Below are positions 37,549 through 47,311 of a stretch of DNA of 59,948 nt, piece by piece (within the stretch, counting starts at the first letter, position 1; each line of letters begins with the position of its first letter). Position numbers and translations under genes: made by a program. This DNA is from Nitrososphaerota archaeon (GTDB lineage Archaea; Thermoproteota; Nitrososphaeria; PSMU01), in assembly GCA_040290255.1 (NCBI GenBank), contig PSMU01000005.1, positions 1 to 59,948 of the forward strand, read 5' to 3'. Below the pieces are notes generated by a model. That model made no database searches and had not been told where the DNA came from. It saw only the letters and a list, made by a program, of their open reading frames with translations.

Positions 37549-38598
37549 ATGGCCGAGCACTGGATGGAGCTCCCGAGGCTCGTCCTCATCTCAGAGGACG
37601 CCCTGGCGAGGCTCGAGGAGTTCCTGGCCCGCCTCGGCCTTCGTCCTCCCTACCTGATCGTCTCCGGCCCTAATGTGGCCAGGCTGGCCGCGCCGCTGCT
37701 GCCCGCCTCCATAAGGGACTCGGCCGGCTGGTACATCGCCGAGGCCTCCACGCTGGATGAGGCGAGGAGGGTGGGCGAGTATGCCCATGCAAGGGGCTTC
37801 GGGGCCGTGCTGGCCCTGGGCGGGGGCAAGACGGTGGACGTCGCCAAGATGGCCTCCAGGCTGGCCTCCTTGCCCTTCATCAGCCTGCCCAGCTCCGCCT
37901 CACATGACGGCATCGCCAGCCCCTTCGCCTCGCTCAAGGGCTCGGGCAGGCCCTACTCGCTGGAGGCCAGGAGCCCCCTGGGCGTGCTGGCCGACCTCTC
38001 GCTCATAGCCAGGGCCCCTCGTCGCTACCTGCTGAGCGGCTGCGCGGACCTGCTCGCGAAGCTCACCGCCGTGAAGGACTGGCAGCTGGCGAGGGACGAG
38101 AAGGGCGAGTACTACGGCAGCTATGCCGCCAAGCTGGCCGAGCTGAGCGCCAGGGTCGTCATCGCCAACGCCGAGCTCATCGCAGCGGCCGAGAGGGAGG
38201 GCGTGAGGTGCGTGGTGGAGGCCCTCATCAGCGCCGGCGTGGCTGCCTGCATCGCGGGCAGCAGCAGGCCCTGCAGCGGGGCGGAGCACCTGATAAGCCA
38301 TGCGCTGGACCTTTTGGCCCCGGGCAAGGGGCTGCACGGCGAGAAGTGCGGCGTCGCGGCCTCGCTCACGGCCAGGTTGCACGGGCTCGACTGGAGGCAG
38401 GTGAGCGACACGCTGAGGCTCATCGGCGCGCCCTCCACGTTCGCCGAGCTGGGCATAGATCATGAGACGGCCGCGAGGGCGATCGTGCTGGCGCCGAGCC
38501 TAAGGCCCGAGCGCTTTACGATCCTGCACAAGCTGAGGCCTACGAGGGAGCAGGCGCTGAGGCTTGTGGAGCAGCTGGAGGCTGAGGTGGCGATATAG
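37549..38598 (+). CDS. egsA: sn-glycerol-1-phosphate dehydrogenase
   Basis: GGGKTVDVAK, SASHDGIASP, GSSRPCSGAEHLISHALD, LHGE. Confidence 0.96.
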   Translation: MAEHWMELPRLVLISEDALARLEEFLARLGLRPPYLIVSGPNVARLAAPLLPASIRDSAGWYIAEASTLDEARRVGEYAHARGFGAVLALGGGKTVDVAKMASRLASLPFISLPSSASHDGIASPFASLKGSGRPYSLEARSPLGVLADLSLIARAPRRYLLSGCADLLAKLTAVKDWQLARDEKGEYYGSYAAKLAELSARVVIANAELIAAAEREGVRCVVEALISAGVAACIAGSSRPCSGAEHLISHALDLLAPGKGLHGEKCGVAASLTARLHGLDWRQVSDTLRLIGAPSTFAELGIDHETAARAIVLAPSLRPERFTILHKLRPTREQALRLVEQLEAEVAI

Positions 38599-39265
38599 AG
38601 AACTCCTCCACGAACCTGACCAGCTTGAGCTGCGGGATGTGGCCCTGCACCTCGTTCACGAAGGCCCTCTTGATGAAGGGAAGCGAGGAGCTGCCCAGCA
38701 GAGCCTGCGGCACGTGCACCGTGAGCACGCCCTCCTCCAGCTTCACCTCCGGCTCCTGCTCCGCCCCGCTGAGGTACTTAAAGAGCGCCTTGGCCTTCTC
38801 TTCGTCCGCCTCCAGCACCTTCACGACCTTATACCTGTAGACGACGCTCCTGCCCGCATACCTATGGTTGAAGTCCAGCTGCACCCTGCCCGAGCCAATG
38901 GCCCTTACGATGGCCACCCTCCCATCCACCTCCACCTGCTGCCCCACCCTTAGCTCCTCCGCGCCCTCGATCTTCCTCAGGGGCACGAGCCTGAGCTTGG
39001 AGGGGTCCCTCTCCCCAAAGGCCCTCTCCGGCGGTATCTCGACCTCGCCCTGCGCGCCCACCTCGCTCCTGAGGAGCGCCTCCTCCAGGCCCTTGATCAC
39101 CCAGCCCCTGCCCAGCGCCACGAGCCTGGGCTCATACCTCCTGGCCGCGTTATACACGCCCCTCGCCTTGGCCTCCTCCTCGCTGGTCGTCTCGATCATC
39201 TCGCCCGTGTCCTTTACCCAGCCCGTGAGGTCGACGTAGACCAGGCTTCCCTCCTGGAGCGGCAC
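38540..39265 (-). CDS. Long-type FKBP peptidyl-prolyl isomerase
   Basis: IETT, VIKGLEEAL, IPPERAFGERDP, GRVQLDFNHRYAG. Confidence 0.93.
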   Translation of the reverse strand: MPLQEGSLVYVDLTGWVKDTGEMIETTSEEEAKARGVYNAARRYEPRLVALGRGWVIKGLEEALLRSEVGAQGEVEIPPERAFGERDPSKLRLVPLRKIEGAEELRVGQQVEVDGRVAIVRAIGSGRVQLDFNHRYAGRSVVYRYKVVKVLEADEEKAKALFKYLSGAEQEPEVKLEEGVLTVHVPQALLGSSSLPFIKRAFVNEVQGHIPQLKLVRFVEEFSISPPQPPAAPQASAPAPS

Positions 39266-39288
39266 GGGGGGGCTGCGGCTCCCCCGCT

Positions 39289-40401
39289 TTAAGCCTTTGA
39301 GCCCGTGGCCAGGTGGGACAGGACCTCCTCGACCGCGCCCAGCGTGCGCCTGACGTGGTACTCGTTCACGATGCCCATGCAGCCCACGCGCAGCAGGCTC
39401 TCCCTCAGCGCGCCGAAGCCCGATGATATGAGGATCATGTGCCTGCTCCTCAGCAGGTCCCTCACCTGCGTGGCCCTTACCTCGGGCGGGCAGCGCAGCG
39501 CCAGCGACGTATAGGAGGCCACGCCATCCTTCGCCAGCGGCCTTAGCCCTAGGCGCGCGAAGCCCTCGTAGAAGAGCTGCGCGCAGCGCCTATGCCTCTC
39601 GATCCTGGCGGCGAGCCCCTCCTTCAGCAGGAGGTTCACGGCCTCGTCCAGCGCGTAGAAGAGGCTCAGCGCCGGGGTATAGGGCGTCTCGCCCTTCTCG
39701 GCGTATGCCAGGTAGGTGAGCAGGTTAAAGTAGCCCTCGCGCGGCCTATTCTTCTTCATGTGCTCCACGGCCCTCTCGCTGAGCGCGATGGGGCAAAGCC
39801 CCGCGGGCGCCGCCAGGCACTTCTGGCTGCCCGTAAAGCAGATGTCGATGCCCCACTCGTCCATCTTCAACTCCTGCCCTCCCAGATGCGAGACCGCGTC
39901 CACGATGTAGAGGGCGTCGAGCTCGCGGGCCAGCTCGCCCAGCTCCCTAAGGTAGGGCAGGCGCACGCCCGTGGAGGTTTCATTGGCCACGGCATAGAGC
40001 ACGGAGGGCTTCTCCTCCCGCGCCGTCCGCTCTATAACATCTAGCGCGGGCACATCCCCGAGCGGCGCGTCCAGCGCGAGCGCCTTGGCGCCCAGCGCCT
40101 CCGCAAAGGAGGCGGCCCTCTTGCCAAACTCGCCGTGGGCGGTGACCAGCACCTTCGCGCCGGGCCTCACGGCGGCCTCCAAGGAGGCCTGTATGCCGCC
40201 CGTGCCGGAGCAGGTCAGGATCAGCACGGGGCCCTTCGTATCGAAGACCGCCTGCAGTTTCCCCCTCAGCCTAGAATAAAGGGCCCCGAAGCGGTAGCCG
40301 CGATGGTTCACGATGGGCCTCAGCAGCGCCCTCATCACCTCGGCGGGCACGTTCGTGGGCCCCGGCAGCATCACCAAGTAGGGCTCCTCATACGTAAGCA
40401 T
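39289..40401 (-). CDS. Class V aminotransferase (serine/alanine-glyoxylate type)
   Basis: MLPGPTNVP, NETSTG, VDAVS, GSQKCLAAPAG, TPYTP. Start could also be 40425. Confidence 0.92.
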   Translation of the reverse strand: MLTYEEPYLVMLPGPTNVPAEVMRALLRPIVNHRGYRFGALYSRLRGKLQAVFDTKGPVLILTCSGTGGIQASLEAAVRPGAKVLVTAHGEFGKRAASFAEALGAKALALDAPLGDVPALDVIERTAREEKPSVLYAVANETSTGVRLPYLRELGELARELDALYIVDAVSHLGGQELKMDEWGIDICFTGSQKCLAAPAGLCPIALSERAVEHMKKNRPREGYFNLLTYLAYAEKGETPYTPALSLFYALDEAVNLLLKEGLAARIERHRRCAQLFYEGFARLGLRPLAKDGVASYTSLALRCPPEVRATQVRDLLRSRHMILISSGFGALRESLLRVGCMGIVNEYHVRRTLGAVEEVLSHLATGSKA

Positions 40402-40411
40402 CGGGAAGCCC

Positions 40412-40951
40412 TCATCCTCCTCCATGGCCTTGCTCCCCCCGCGCATAGGGCGCCAGGGCCTTAAGCCTATTCACGCCGTCCATTCTCTCCAGGAAGTCGG
40501 CCACCGCTCCCGGCACGAGGTGCCTCCAATGCTTTCCCTCGAGCATCCTGCGGCGCACGTTGGTGGCCGAGTAGAGCCTGCGCTTGTAAAGGGGTATCCC
40601 CTCCACCCTTACCCCCTGCTCCTCGAAGAGCCTGATCGTGAGCGGGTCGTTCGAGAAGACCACCTGAAACGGGGGCACAAGCGCCCTCACCAGGCTCACC
40701 CAGGCGGCGTGCTGCTCTACATCGGGTATGGGGATGGGAAGATAGCGGGAGGCCCCCACCTTGCCCCTGAGCGCGAGCCTTATCATCTGAAGCCTCTCGG
40801 CGGCCGTGAAGGGGTTCTTCGGCTCATGGCTCCTATTGGCGCTGCCTATGCCTATGTACAGGAAGTCCACGCGCCTGAGCGCGTATCTTATGGCCGCCAG
40901 GTGGCCCAGGTGAAAGGGCTGAAAGCGGCCCACGAAGAGCCCTTCGGGCAC
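40412..40951 (-). CDS. nadM: Nicotinamide-nucleotide adenylyltransferase
   Basis: GRFQPFHLGH, IGSA, NPFTAAER, SATNVR. Confidence 0.95.
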   Translation of the reverse strand: MPEGLFVGRFQPFHLGHLAAIRYALRRVDFLYIGIGSANRSHEPKNPFTAAERLQMIRLALRGKVGASRYLPIPIPDVEQHAAWVSLVRALVPPFQVVFSNDPLTIRLFEEQGVRVEGIPLYKRRLYSATNVRRRMLEGKHWRHLVPGAVADFLERMDGVNRLKALAPYARGEQGHGGG

Positions 40952-40991
40952 GGCGAACCCTCAAAAGGCCCCTATTTCTGCCTTCAAGGGG

Positions 40992-42041
40992 ATGGGCGAG
41001 CTTCGCATCGACGGCTCCTACGGCGAGGGAGGCGGGCAGATTCTACGAACCTCGCTCTCGCTCTCCATAGCGCTCGGCCGCCCCGTCGAGGTGTATAACA
41101 TAAGGGCGAAGAGGGAGAGCCCCGGCCTTCGGCCGCAGCACCTGGCCACGCTCAGGTGCCTGGCGCAGGTGAGCAACGGGGAGGTGGAGGGGGATGAGGT
41201 GGGCTCCTCCCGCGTGTTCTTCAGGCCCAGGACGGTGAGGGGTGGGAGGCTGGAGGTGGACATAGGCACCGCGGGCAGCATAACGCTCCTCCTGCAGGCG
41301 GCGGTGCCCGCGGTCAGCCTCGCAGGCGCGGAGCTCACGCTGCTGATAAGGGGCGGCACGGAGGTCAGGTGGAGCCCCACCATCGACTACTTCGCGAGGC
41401 TGGCCTGCAGGGCCTACGAGAGGATAGGGGTTAGGGCCAGCATCAGGGTGCTCAGGAGGGGCTATTATCCCAGGGGAGGGGGGCTCGTCGAGGCCGCGAT
41501 AAGGCCCGCGGAGCCGCTAAGGCCCGTCGCCTGGCTGGAGGGCGAAGACGTGCCCGTCGAGGTCATCAGCGCCTGCGGGGCCCTGCCCAGGCACGTCTGC
41601 GAGCGCCAGGCCGAGGCCTGCAGGAGGGCCCTGGAGGCCCAGGGCCTAAGGGTGGGCGGCGTGCTGCTCGAGAGCTCCGATACGCTCTCGCCCGGCTCCT
41701 CCGTGACCGCGCTGCAGTGCGATGGTCAGGGAACCTTCAGGGGGGCCGATGCACTGGGCGAGAGGGGGAAGCCCGCCGAAAGGGTGGGCGAGGAGGCCGC
41801 GCTGAAGCTGGCCAAGGAGGCCTCCACGGGCGCGCCCGTCGACAGCCACCTGGCCGATATGCTGCCCCCCCTTCTGGCCCTGGCCCCCTCGCTCTCCTCC
41901 TACCGCACGAGCGCCGTGACCGAGCACCTGCGCACAAATCTCTATGTGGCCTCGCTCTTCACGGGAGCCAGGTATGAAATAAGCCCCTATGAGCGCGGGG
42001 GCTACGTGGTCAGGATAGAGCCCGCGCCCGGAAAGGGTTAA
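40992..42041 (+). CDS. rtcA: RNA 3'-terminal phosphate cyclase
   Basis: IDGSYGEGGGQILR, PGLRPQHL, RGYYPRGGG, DSHLADM, HLRTN. Confidence 0.97.
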   Translation: MGELRIDGSYGEGGGQILRTSLSLSIALGRPVEVYNIRAKRESPGLRPQHLATLRCLAQVSNGEVEGDEVGSSRVFFRPRTVRGGRLEVDIGTAGSITLLLQAAVPAVSLAGAELTLLIRGGTEVRWSPTIDYFARLACRAYERIGVRASIRVLRRGYYPRGGGLVEAAIRPAEPLRPVAWLEGEDVPVEVISACGALPRHVCERQAEACRRALEAQGLRVGGVLLESSDTLSPGSSVTALQCDGQGTFRGADALGERGKPAERVGEEAALKLAKEASTGAPVDSHLADMLPPLLALAPSLSSYRTSAVTEHLRTNLYVASLFTGARYEISPYERGGYVVRIEPAPGKG

Positions 42042-42065
42042 AACCGCCCAGGCGGCGCCAAGGGC

Positions 42066-42665
42066 GTGGCCGAAGAGTACCTGGTGCCCTGGGGGACCGT
42101 CGTGGGCCTCGTCTTCAGGGAGGGCGTCGTGCTCGCCGCCGAGCGCAGGGTCGCCTTCGGCAGGTTCGTCGTGAGCCGCGTGGCCAAGAAGATCTTCAGG
42201 GTGAATGAGAAGGTGGGCGCGGCCTGCGCCGGCATGGTGGGGGATATGCAGGTGCTCGTCCGCCAGATCCAGGCCATAGGCACGGTGAAGCGGCTGGAGA
42301 CGAACGTGCCCCCCAGCGCACGTGGAATAGCGAAGCTCATGTCCAACCTTCTCTTCACCCTGAGGCTCACGCCGCTCTTCACGCAGGTCATCGTGGGCGG
42401 GTTCGATGGGCAGCCCCAGCTCTACATCCTGGACCCCATAGGCTCCGTCATCCCCGACCTCTACGCCGCGGTAGGCTCTGGGGCCGAGATCGCCATGGGC
42501 GTGCTCGAGGCGGGCTATAGGAGGGACCTGAGCGAGCAGGAGGCCGTGCAGCTGGCGATCGATGCGCTCAAGGCGGCCAGCCGGCGCGATGCCGCCTCCG
42601 GCGATGGCGCCGACATCCTGATCATCACGAAGGACGCCATGAAGGAGGACAGCGTGAACTTCTAG
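42066..42665 (+). CDS. psmB: Second proteasome beta subunit (Thr1 position replaced)
   Basis: PWGTVVGL, AAERRV, GSGAEIAMGVLE, RRDAASG. Confidence 0.92.
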   Translation: MAEEYLVPWGTVVGLVFREGVVLAAERRVAFGRFVVSRVAKKIFRVNEKVGAACAGMVGDMQVLVRQIQAIGTVKRLETNVPPSARGIAKLMSNLLFTLRLTPLFTQVIVGGFDGQPQLYILDPIGSVIPDLYAAVGSGAEIAMGVLEAGYRRDLSEQEAVQLAIDALKAASRRDAASGDGADILIITKDAMKEDSVNF

Positions 42666-42755
42666 CGCGCTGAGCCAAAGGGCAGCGGCCGCTGACAAAA
42701 AAGTTTATAAATGGCCTTTTAGGCTTTACTATTGCTTCTCTGGGAGGTGGATGCT

Positions 42756-43772
42756 TTGGCTTTTGTTACGAAGGTGAAAGATGAGCTAGAGGGCCGTTGC
42801 CCTCGCTGCGGGAGCAAGGTCCTGCTGACGGACAACGCCACGGGCGAGGTCTTCTGCGGCATCTGCGGCTTCGTCATAAAGGAGAGGCTGCAGGAGGAGG
42901 GGCCCGACTGGCGCACCTTAACCAAGGATGAGCGCGAGGATAGGCGCCATGCCGGCCTGCCCTACTCGCTCACTCTACACGACATGGGCCTTTCGACCAT
43001 CATAGCAAAGGAGGACAGGGATGCGGCGGGCAGGGCCGTGCCCGCGAGCCTCAGGAGCGCCGTGAGCCGGCTCAGGCTCTGGGACAGCAGGAGCCAGCTG
43101 CACGAGCCCGTCGACAGGAACCTGAAGCAGGCCTTCATCGAGCTGGATGCGCTGGCCGATAAGCTGGGCCTAAGCGGGCATGTGCTGGAGCAGGCCGCGT
43201 ATATCTACAGGAAGGCGGTGCAGAAGGGGCTCATCAGGGGCCGCTCGATCAGCGTGATCATCACGGCCGCGCTTTATGCGGCCTGTAGGCTCACGGAGAC
43301 GCCCAGGACGGTGAAGGACATCGCGAAGGTGAGCAGGCTGCCCAAGAAGGAGATCGCGAGGGCCTATAGGCTCCTGCTGAAGGAGCTGGACCTGCAGATG
43401 CCCGTGCCCGACCTAATAAGGCCCGCCAACAGGATCGCCTCGACCGCGGGCCTCAGCGAGAAGGTGAAGAGGAGGGCGATCGAGATCCTGAGGAAGGTCG
43501 AGGAGAACATGGCCAGCGCGGGCAAGGATCCCATGGGCCTGGCCGCCGCGGCGCTCTACACGGCCTGCCTGCTCGAAGGCGAAGTGAGGACGCAGAAGGA
43601 GCTGGCCCAGGCCGCGGGCGTAACGGAGGTCACGATCAGGAACAGGTATAAGAGCCTCAGGGCCCTGCTGAAGGAGATCAATTACCCCGGCATAGAGAAG
43701 CTGGAGCTGCTGCAGCAGGAGGCCCAGGCGCGGCAGGGCGGCGAAGTGCTGAGCGCGGCGGCCCAGCCCTAA
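42756..43772 (+). CDS. tfb: Transcription initiation factor B
   Basis: Zn ribbon CPRC..CGICG, GPDWR, two cyclin repeats (RGRSI, GKDP..LAAA, VTEVTIRNRY). GGAGGTG precedes TTG at 42756. Confidence 0.97.
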   Translation: MAFVTKVKDELEGRCPRCGSKVLLTDNATGEVFCGICGFVIKERLQEEGPDWRTLTKDEREDRRHAGLPYSLTLHDMGLSTIIAKEDRDAAGRAVPASLRSAVSRLRLWDSRSQLHEPVDRNLKQAFIELDALADKLGLSGHVLEQAAYIYRKAVQKGLIRGRSISVIITAALYAACRLTETPRTVKDIAKVSRLPKKEIARAYRLLLKELDLQMPVPDLIRPANRIASTAGLSEKVKRRAIEILRKVEENMASAGKDPMGLAAAALYTACLLEGEVRTQKELAQAAGVTEVTIRNRYKSLRALLKEINYPGIEKLELLQQEAQARQGGEVLSAAAQP

Positions 43773-43805
43773 GCTTTTATATCCGGCCAAGGAGCGAAGA
43801 CGTCC

Positions 43806-44951
43806 GTGGGAAGGACCTACGACGTCATCGTAGTGGGCGCGGGCCCCGCCGGCACCGCGGCCGCTAAGGCGGCTGCAGCGGCGGGCGCCAGCACGCTGCT
43901 GCTCGAGAAGTTCCCCACCGTCATGGCCAACAAGCCCTGCGGCGAGGCCTGCAGCAAGGAGACCTTGGAGACGGCGGGCGTGAAGCCGGAGCCGGGGCTC
44001 ATCGTCAAGGAGGCGAAGGCCCTCGTCTACTCGCCCAGCCTGAAGTCCATAGAGATAAACCAGGTGGGCTATAACATCAACAAGAGCCTCCTCATCCAGC
44101 AGCTCGCCGCGCAGGCGGCGGAGAAGGGGGCCAAGATCCTCGTCAGGGCCGAGGTGGTGGCCGTGGCGAGGAGGGACCATGAGATGGTCGTGAAGACGAC
44201 CAAGGACGAGTTCACGGCAAAGGTGGTGATAGGGGCGGACGGCTTTCACTCCACGGTGGCCCGCTCCCTGGGCATAAAGGAGAGGCCCGAGCCCATCCCC
44301 ACCGTCCAATACGTCATGGTCAACTGCCGGCTCAAGTACACGGACTACGTGAGGTTCTACCTGGGCAATAAGGTCGCGCCGGGAGGGTATGCCTGGATCT
44401 TCCCCAGGGGCGAGAGGGTTGCCGAGGTGGGCGTAGGAGCAAGGGGCGTGCCCGCCAAGCAGTGCCTGGATCGCTTTGTGGCCATGTTCTCCGATGAGCT
44501 GGGCAGCGCCGAGGTGATCGACTTCAGGGGCGCACCCGTGCCCATAGGCGGCATGATAAGGAACCCCGTGACGGATGGCTGCATCCTCGTGGGCGATGCC
44601 GCGGGCACGGTCGTCCCCCTGACGGGCGCGGGCATACATGCCTCGCTGGCCGCGGGGCTGGAGGCGGGCAGGGTGGCCGCCGAGGCCGCGCTCGAGGGAG
44701 ACGCGAGCAGGGCCCGGCTCGAGCGCTTCCTCGCCAACTATAACGCGCACTGGGGCGAGAGGATCAGGAGGAGCCTGAAGGCCATGAGGGCCATCGAAAG
44801 GCTCAGCGACGAAGAGCTCGACCTGCTGGCCGATATCCTGGAGGCCTCCGACATCCTGGACCTGGCCAACGGCTTCGATGTCATGAAGGTGGCCAGGAAG
44901 CTGCTCTCGCACCCCACGCTGGCGGTGAAGCTGGCCAGGGCCCTGCTGTAG
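43806..44951 (+). CDS. Digeranylgeranylglycerophospholipid reductase (GGR family)
   Basis: GAGPAG, KPCGE, IGADG, PGGYAWIFP, VGDAAG..PLTGAGI. Confidence 0.92.
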   Translation: MGRTYDVIVVGAGPAGTAAAKAAAAAGASTLLLEKFPTVMANKPCGEACSKETLETAGVKPEPGLIVKEAKALVYSPSLKSIEINQVGYNINKSLLIQQLAAQAAEKGAKILVRAEVVAVARRDHEMVVKTTKDEFTAKVVIGADGFHSTVARSLGIKERPEPIPTVQYVMVNCRLKYTDYVRFYLGNKVAPGGYAWIFPRGERVAEVGVGARGVPAKQCLDRFVAMFSDELGSAEVIDFRGAPVPIGGMIRNPVTDGCILVGDAAGTVVPLTGAGIHASLAAGLEAGRVAAEAALEGDASRARLERFLANYNAHWGERIRRSLKAMRAIERLSDEELDLLADILEASDILDLANGFDVMKVARKLLSHPTLAVKLARALL

Positions 44952-44953
44952 GC

Positions 44954-45187
44954 TTGAGGATCTCCTGCAGCCGCTGTGGGAAAAGGGCCGAGGCCGCCGA
45001 GGAAAATCCATACAGGGGCACGCCGCTGGGCGAGAGGATAGCCAAGCACGTCTGCGTGAGCTGCTGGAGCGAGTGGTCCGAGTACCAGCTCATGCTGATC
45101 AACGAGCACAACCTAGTGCCCGCCGTGAAGGAGCACAGGGCCTTCCTCGTGGAGAGGATGAAGGAGTTCCTGCGCCTGCCCTCCTAG
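44954..45187 (+). CDS. YggX-like Fe(II)-trafficking/oxidative damage protection protein, four-Cys variant
   Basis: CSRCG..PY...LGERI...VCVSCW.EW...QLMLINE..L....HR.FL..MKEFL. Confidence 0.85.
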   Translation: MRISCSRCGKRAEAAEENPYRGTPLGERIAKHVCVSCWSEWSEYQLMLINEHNLVPAVKEHRAFLVERMKEFLRLPS

Positions 45188-45891
45188 CCCTTCAGCGCCC
45201 GGGCCGTCTCCCTGTATTTGGCGGGGTCCGAGTAGAGCACATTGCCGACCACGATCGTGGCATGCGGGGCCATAAGGCGCGCCTTTTCGGCCGAATCGAT
45301 GCCCCCGCCGTAGAAGAGGTGGGCCTGCCTCAGCGCCGCCCTCACCTCCTTCACCAGCTGCGGGTCGCCGAAGGTCCCGCTGTACTCTAGGTAGACGATG
45401 GGCAGCCTAAGGTACCTGTCCGCCAGGAGCGCGTAGCCCAGCACCTCCTCCCTGCTGATGTTGGTCCTGCTCCTCGTGAGCTTGGCCACGGCGGCCTCGG
45501 GGTTCAGCACGATGTACCCCTCCGCCACCACCCTCTCCCAGGGCAGCCTCTCCGCCAGGCCCTGGCGCACCAGCTGGGTCATCCAGGCCGCATGCTCGCC
45601 CCCCGCCCACCTGGGCTCCAGCGCGTTGAGCACGAGCGGGACGAACAGGTAATCCGCCCCCTCGTAGACCACGTTATCGGCGCTCGAGGGCTCCAGCACG
45701 ATGGGCAGGCCCAGGCCCCTGACCATCGCCAGCAGCGTGGCCACGTTCTGCCGGTTCACGCCCTGCGTGCCGCCTATCATCAGGGCATCCGTGCCGCTCT
45801 CCTCGATCGCCCTCAGGTGCGCCGGCGTATGCGCCCGCGCGGGGTCAAGCTTGGTTATGTGGCGCCACGAGAGCCAAGGCCTGCTCAACAC
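45184..45891 (-). CDS. Geranylgeranylglyceryl phosphate synthase, group I (PcrB-like)
   Basis: WRHITKLDP, IGGT, LEPS, EGYIVLNP, YLEYSG, LFYGGGI, IVVGN. GTG/TTG start at 45891 or 45888. Confidence 0.93.
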   Translation of the reverse strand: MLSRPWLSWRHITKLDPARAHTPAHLRAIEESGTDALMIGGTQGVNRQNVATLLAMVRGLGLPIVLEPSSADNVVYEGADYLFVPLVLNALEPRWAGGEHAAWMTQLVRQGLAERLPWERVVAEGYIVLNPEAAVAKLTRSRTNISREEVLGYALLADRYLRLPIVYLEYSGTFGDPQLVKEVRAALRQAHLFYGGGIDSAEKARLMAPHATIVVGNVLYSDPAKYRETARALKG

Positions 45892-45940
45892 GAGCCCGCG
45901 GCCCGCTGCGCTTTTTACCCTATCGCACGGGCAGGCGCGC

Positions 45941-46585
45941 ATGAGGATAGCCCTGATAGGGGGCACGGGGCTGCTGGGCAGGGCCCTGGCGCTGGGCTGG
46001 GCGCCGCGCCATCAGGTGATGATAGGCTCCAGGGATAGGGCCAGGGCCGAGCAGGGCGCTAGGCGCTGCGCGCGCCAGCTGCGCAGCAAAGGGCTCAGCG
46101 CCGAAGTGGGCTATGGCTCGAATGAGGAGGTGGCCTCGCGCTGCGACCTTCTCGTGCTCTCGGTCCCCTCCAGCGTGGACGAGCGCCTCCTGAGGGCGCT
46201 CAACGAAGCCGTGCCGCCCGGAGCGATCTGCCTCTCGCCCGTCGCCCCCTTCACCAGAGACTCCTGCTACCTGCCGGCCGAGGGCCCCTCCTTCGCGGAG
46301 AAGCTTGCGCGCCTCATGACGAGGGCGCGCGTGGTGGCCGGCCTGCACACCTTCCCCGCCGGCCGGTTCCTAAGGGAGGGGAGCGTGGAGGGCGACGTGC
46401 CGCTGGCCTCGGACGATGAGGCGGCGCTGGCCGCGGTGGAGGGCCTCATCTCCGAGCTCCCCTCGCTGAGGGCCGTGAGGGCGGGCCCCCTGGCCGCCGC
46501 GAGGCTGCTGGAGGCCCTGACCCCCCTGCTGCTCAACGTGGCCTCCTTCGCGCGCATAAGGGCGCCCACGCTGAAGTTCCTCTAG
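45941..46585 (+). CDS. npdG: NADPH-dependent F420 reductase
   Basis: IGGTGLLGRALA, IGSRD, AGLHT, GPL...LEALTPLLLN. Confidence 0.85.
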   Translation: MRIALIGGTGLLGRALALGWAPRHQVMIGSRDRARAEQGARRCARQLRSKGLSAEVGYGSNEEVASRCDLLVLSVPSSVDERLLRALNEAVPPGAICLSPVAPFTRDSCYLPAEGPSFAEKLARLMTRARVVAGLHTFPAGRFLREGSVEGDVPLASDDEAALAAVEGLISELPSLRAVRAGPLAAARLLEALTPLLLNVASFARIRAPTLKFL

Positions 46586-46620
46586 CAAATCTTATTTCGC
46601 CCCGGTCCAAGGGGCGGCAG

Positions 46621-47289
46621 GTGTCGCTGAGCTACTACAGGGTCTACAGGAACCCGAACATAGGCATGTTCATCAGGGCGAACGACAGGTATGCCTTTGC
46701 GCCCAGCAACATCGCGGCCACCAAGGCCAGGGAGCTGGCGCGAAAGCTGAACGTGCAGGTGATAAGGCTCGCGCTCACCTATTCGCTGCTCATAGGGCCC
46801 TTCATCGCCCTCAACAACAGGGGCCTGCTGCTGCCCCGCATCGCCTTCGAGGAGGGCGTGAGGGAGCTGAAGCGCAGGCTCGATATGCACGTCGAGGTCC
46901 TGGACATTAGGCCCACCTGCCTGGGCAACCTCATCGCGGCGAACAGCAGGGCGGCGCTCGTATCCAAGGAGGTCGCGCGTGAGGCCTTCGCCAAGATAAG
47001 GGATGCGCTCGAGGTGGAGAGCGTGGAGCACTTCAGCGCGGCCGGCTACCATCAGGTGGGCTCGGTCCTCGTCGTGAACGATGCGGGCGGCGTCATACAT
47101 CCCGAGGCCACGAGCGAGGAGGTGAGCAGGGCCGAGGAGCTGCTGGGCGTGAAGCTCGAGCCGGCCACGGTGAACGGCGGCGTGCCCTTCGTCTCCTCAG
47201 GGCTGGTGGCGAACAACTCCGCAGCGCTGGTGGGCGCGCTGACCACGGGCCCCGAGCTGGCGGCCATCTCCAGGGCCTTTAGGTTTTAA
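46621..47289 (+). CDS. eif6: Translation initiation factor aIF6
   Basis: NPNIG, LGNLIAAN, VGS, HP, TVNGG..VSSGLVAN, TTGPEL. Confidence 0.96.
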   Translation: MSLSYYRVYRNPNIGMFIRANDRYAFAPSNIAATKARELARKLNVQVIRLALTYSLLIGPFIALNNRGLLLPRIAFEEGVRELKRRLDMHVEVLDIRPTCLGNLIAANSRAALVSKEVAREAFAKIRDALEVESVEHFSAAGYHQVGSVLVVNDAGGVIHPEATSEEVSRAEELLGVKLEPATVNGGVPFVSSGLVANNSAALVGALTTGPELAAISRAFRF

Positions 47290-47311
47290 AGGGAGAGGAG
47301 GAAGCTTCGGC

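Noticed and set aside
45701-45940. Extended N-terminus of npdG in the ORF track
   Set aside because: It overlaps GGGP synthase antisense; the Rossmann motif begins right after ATG 45941.
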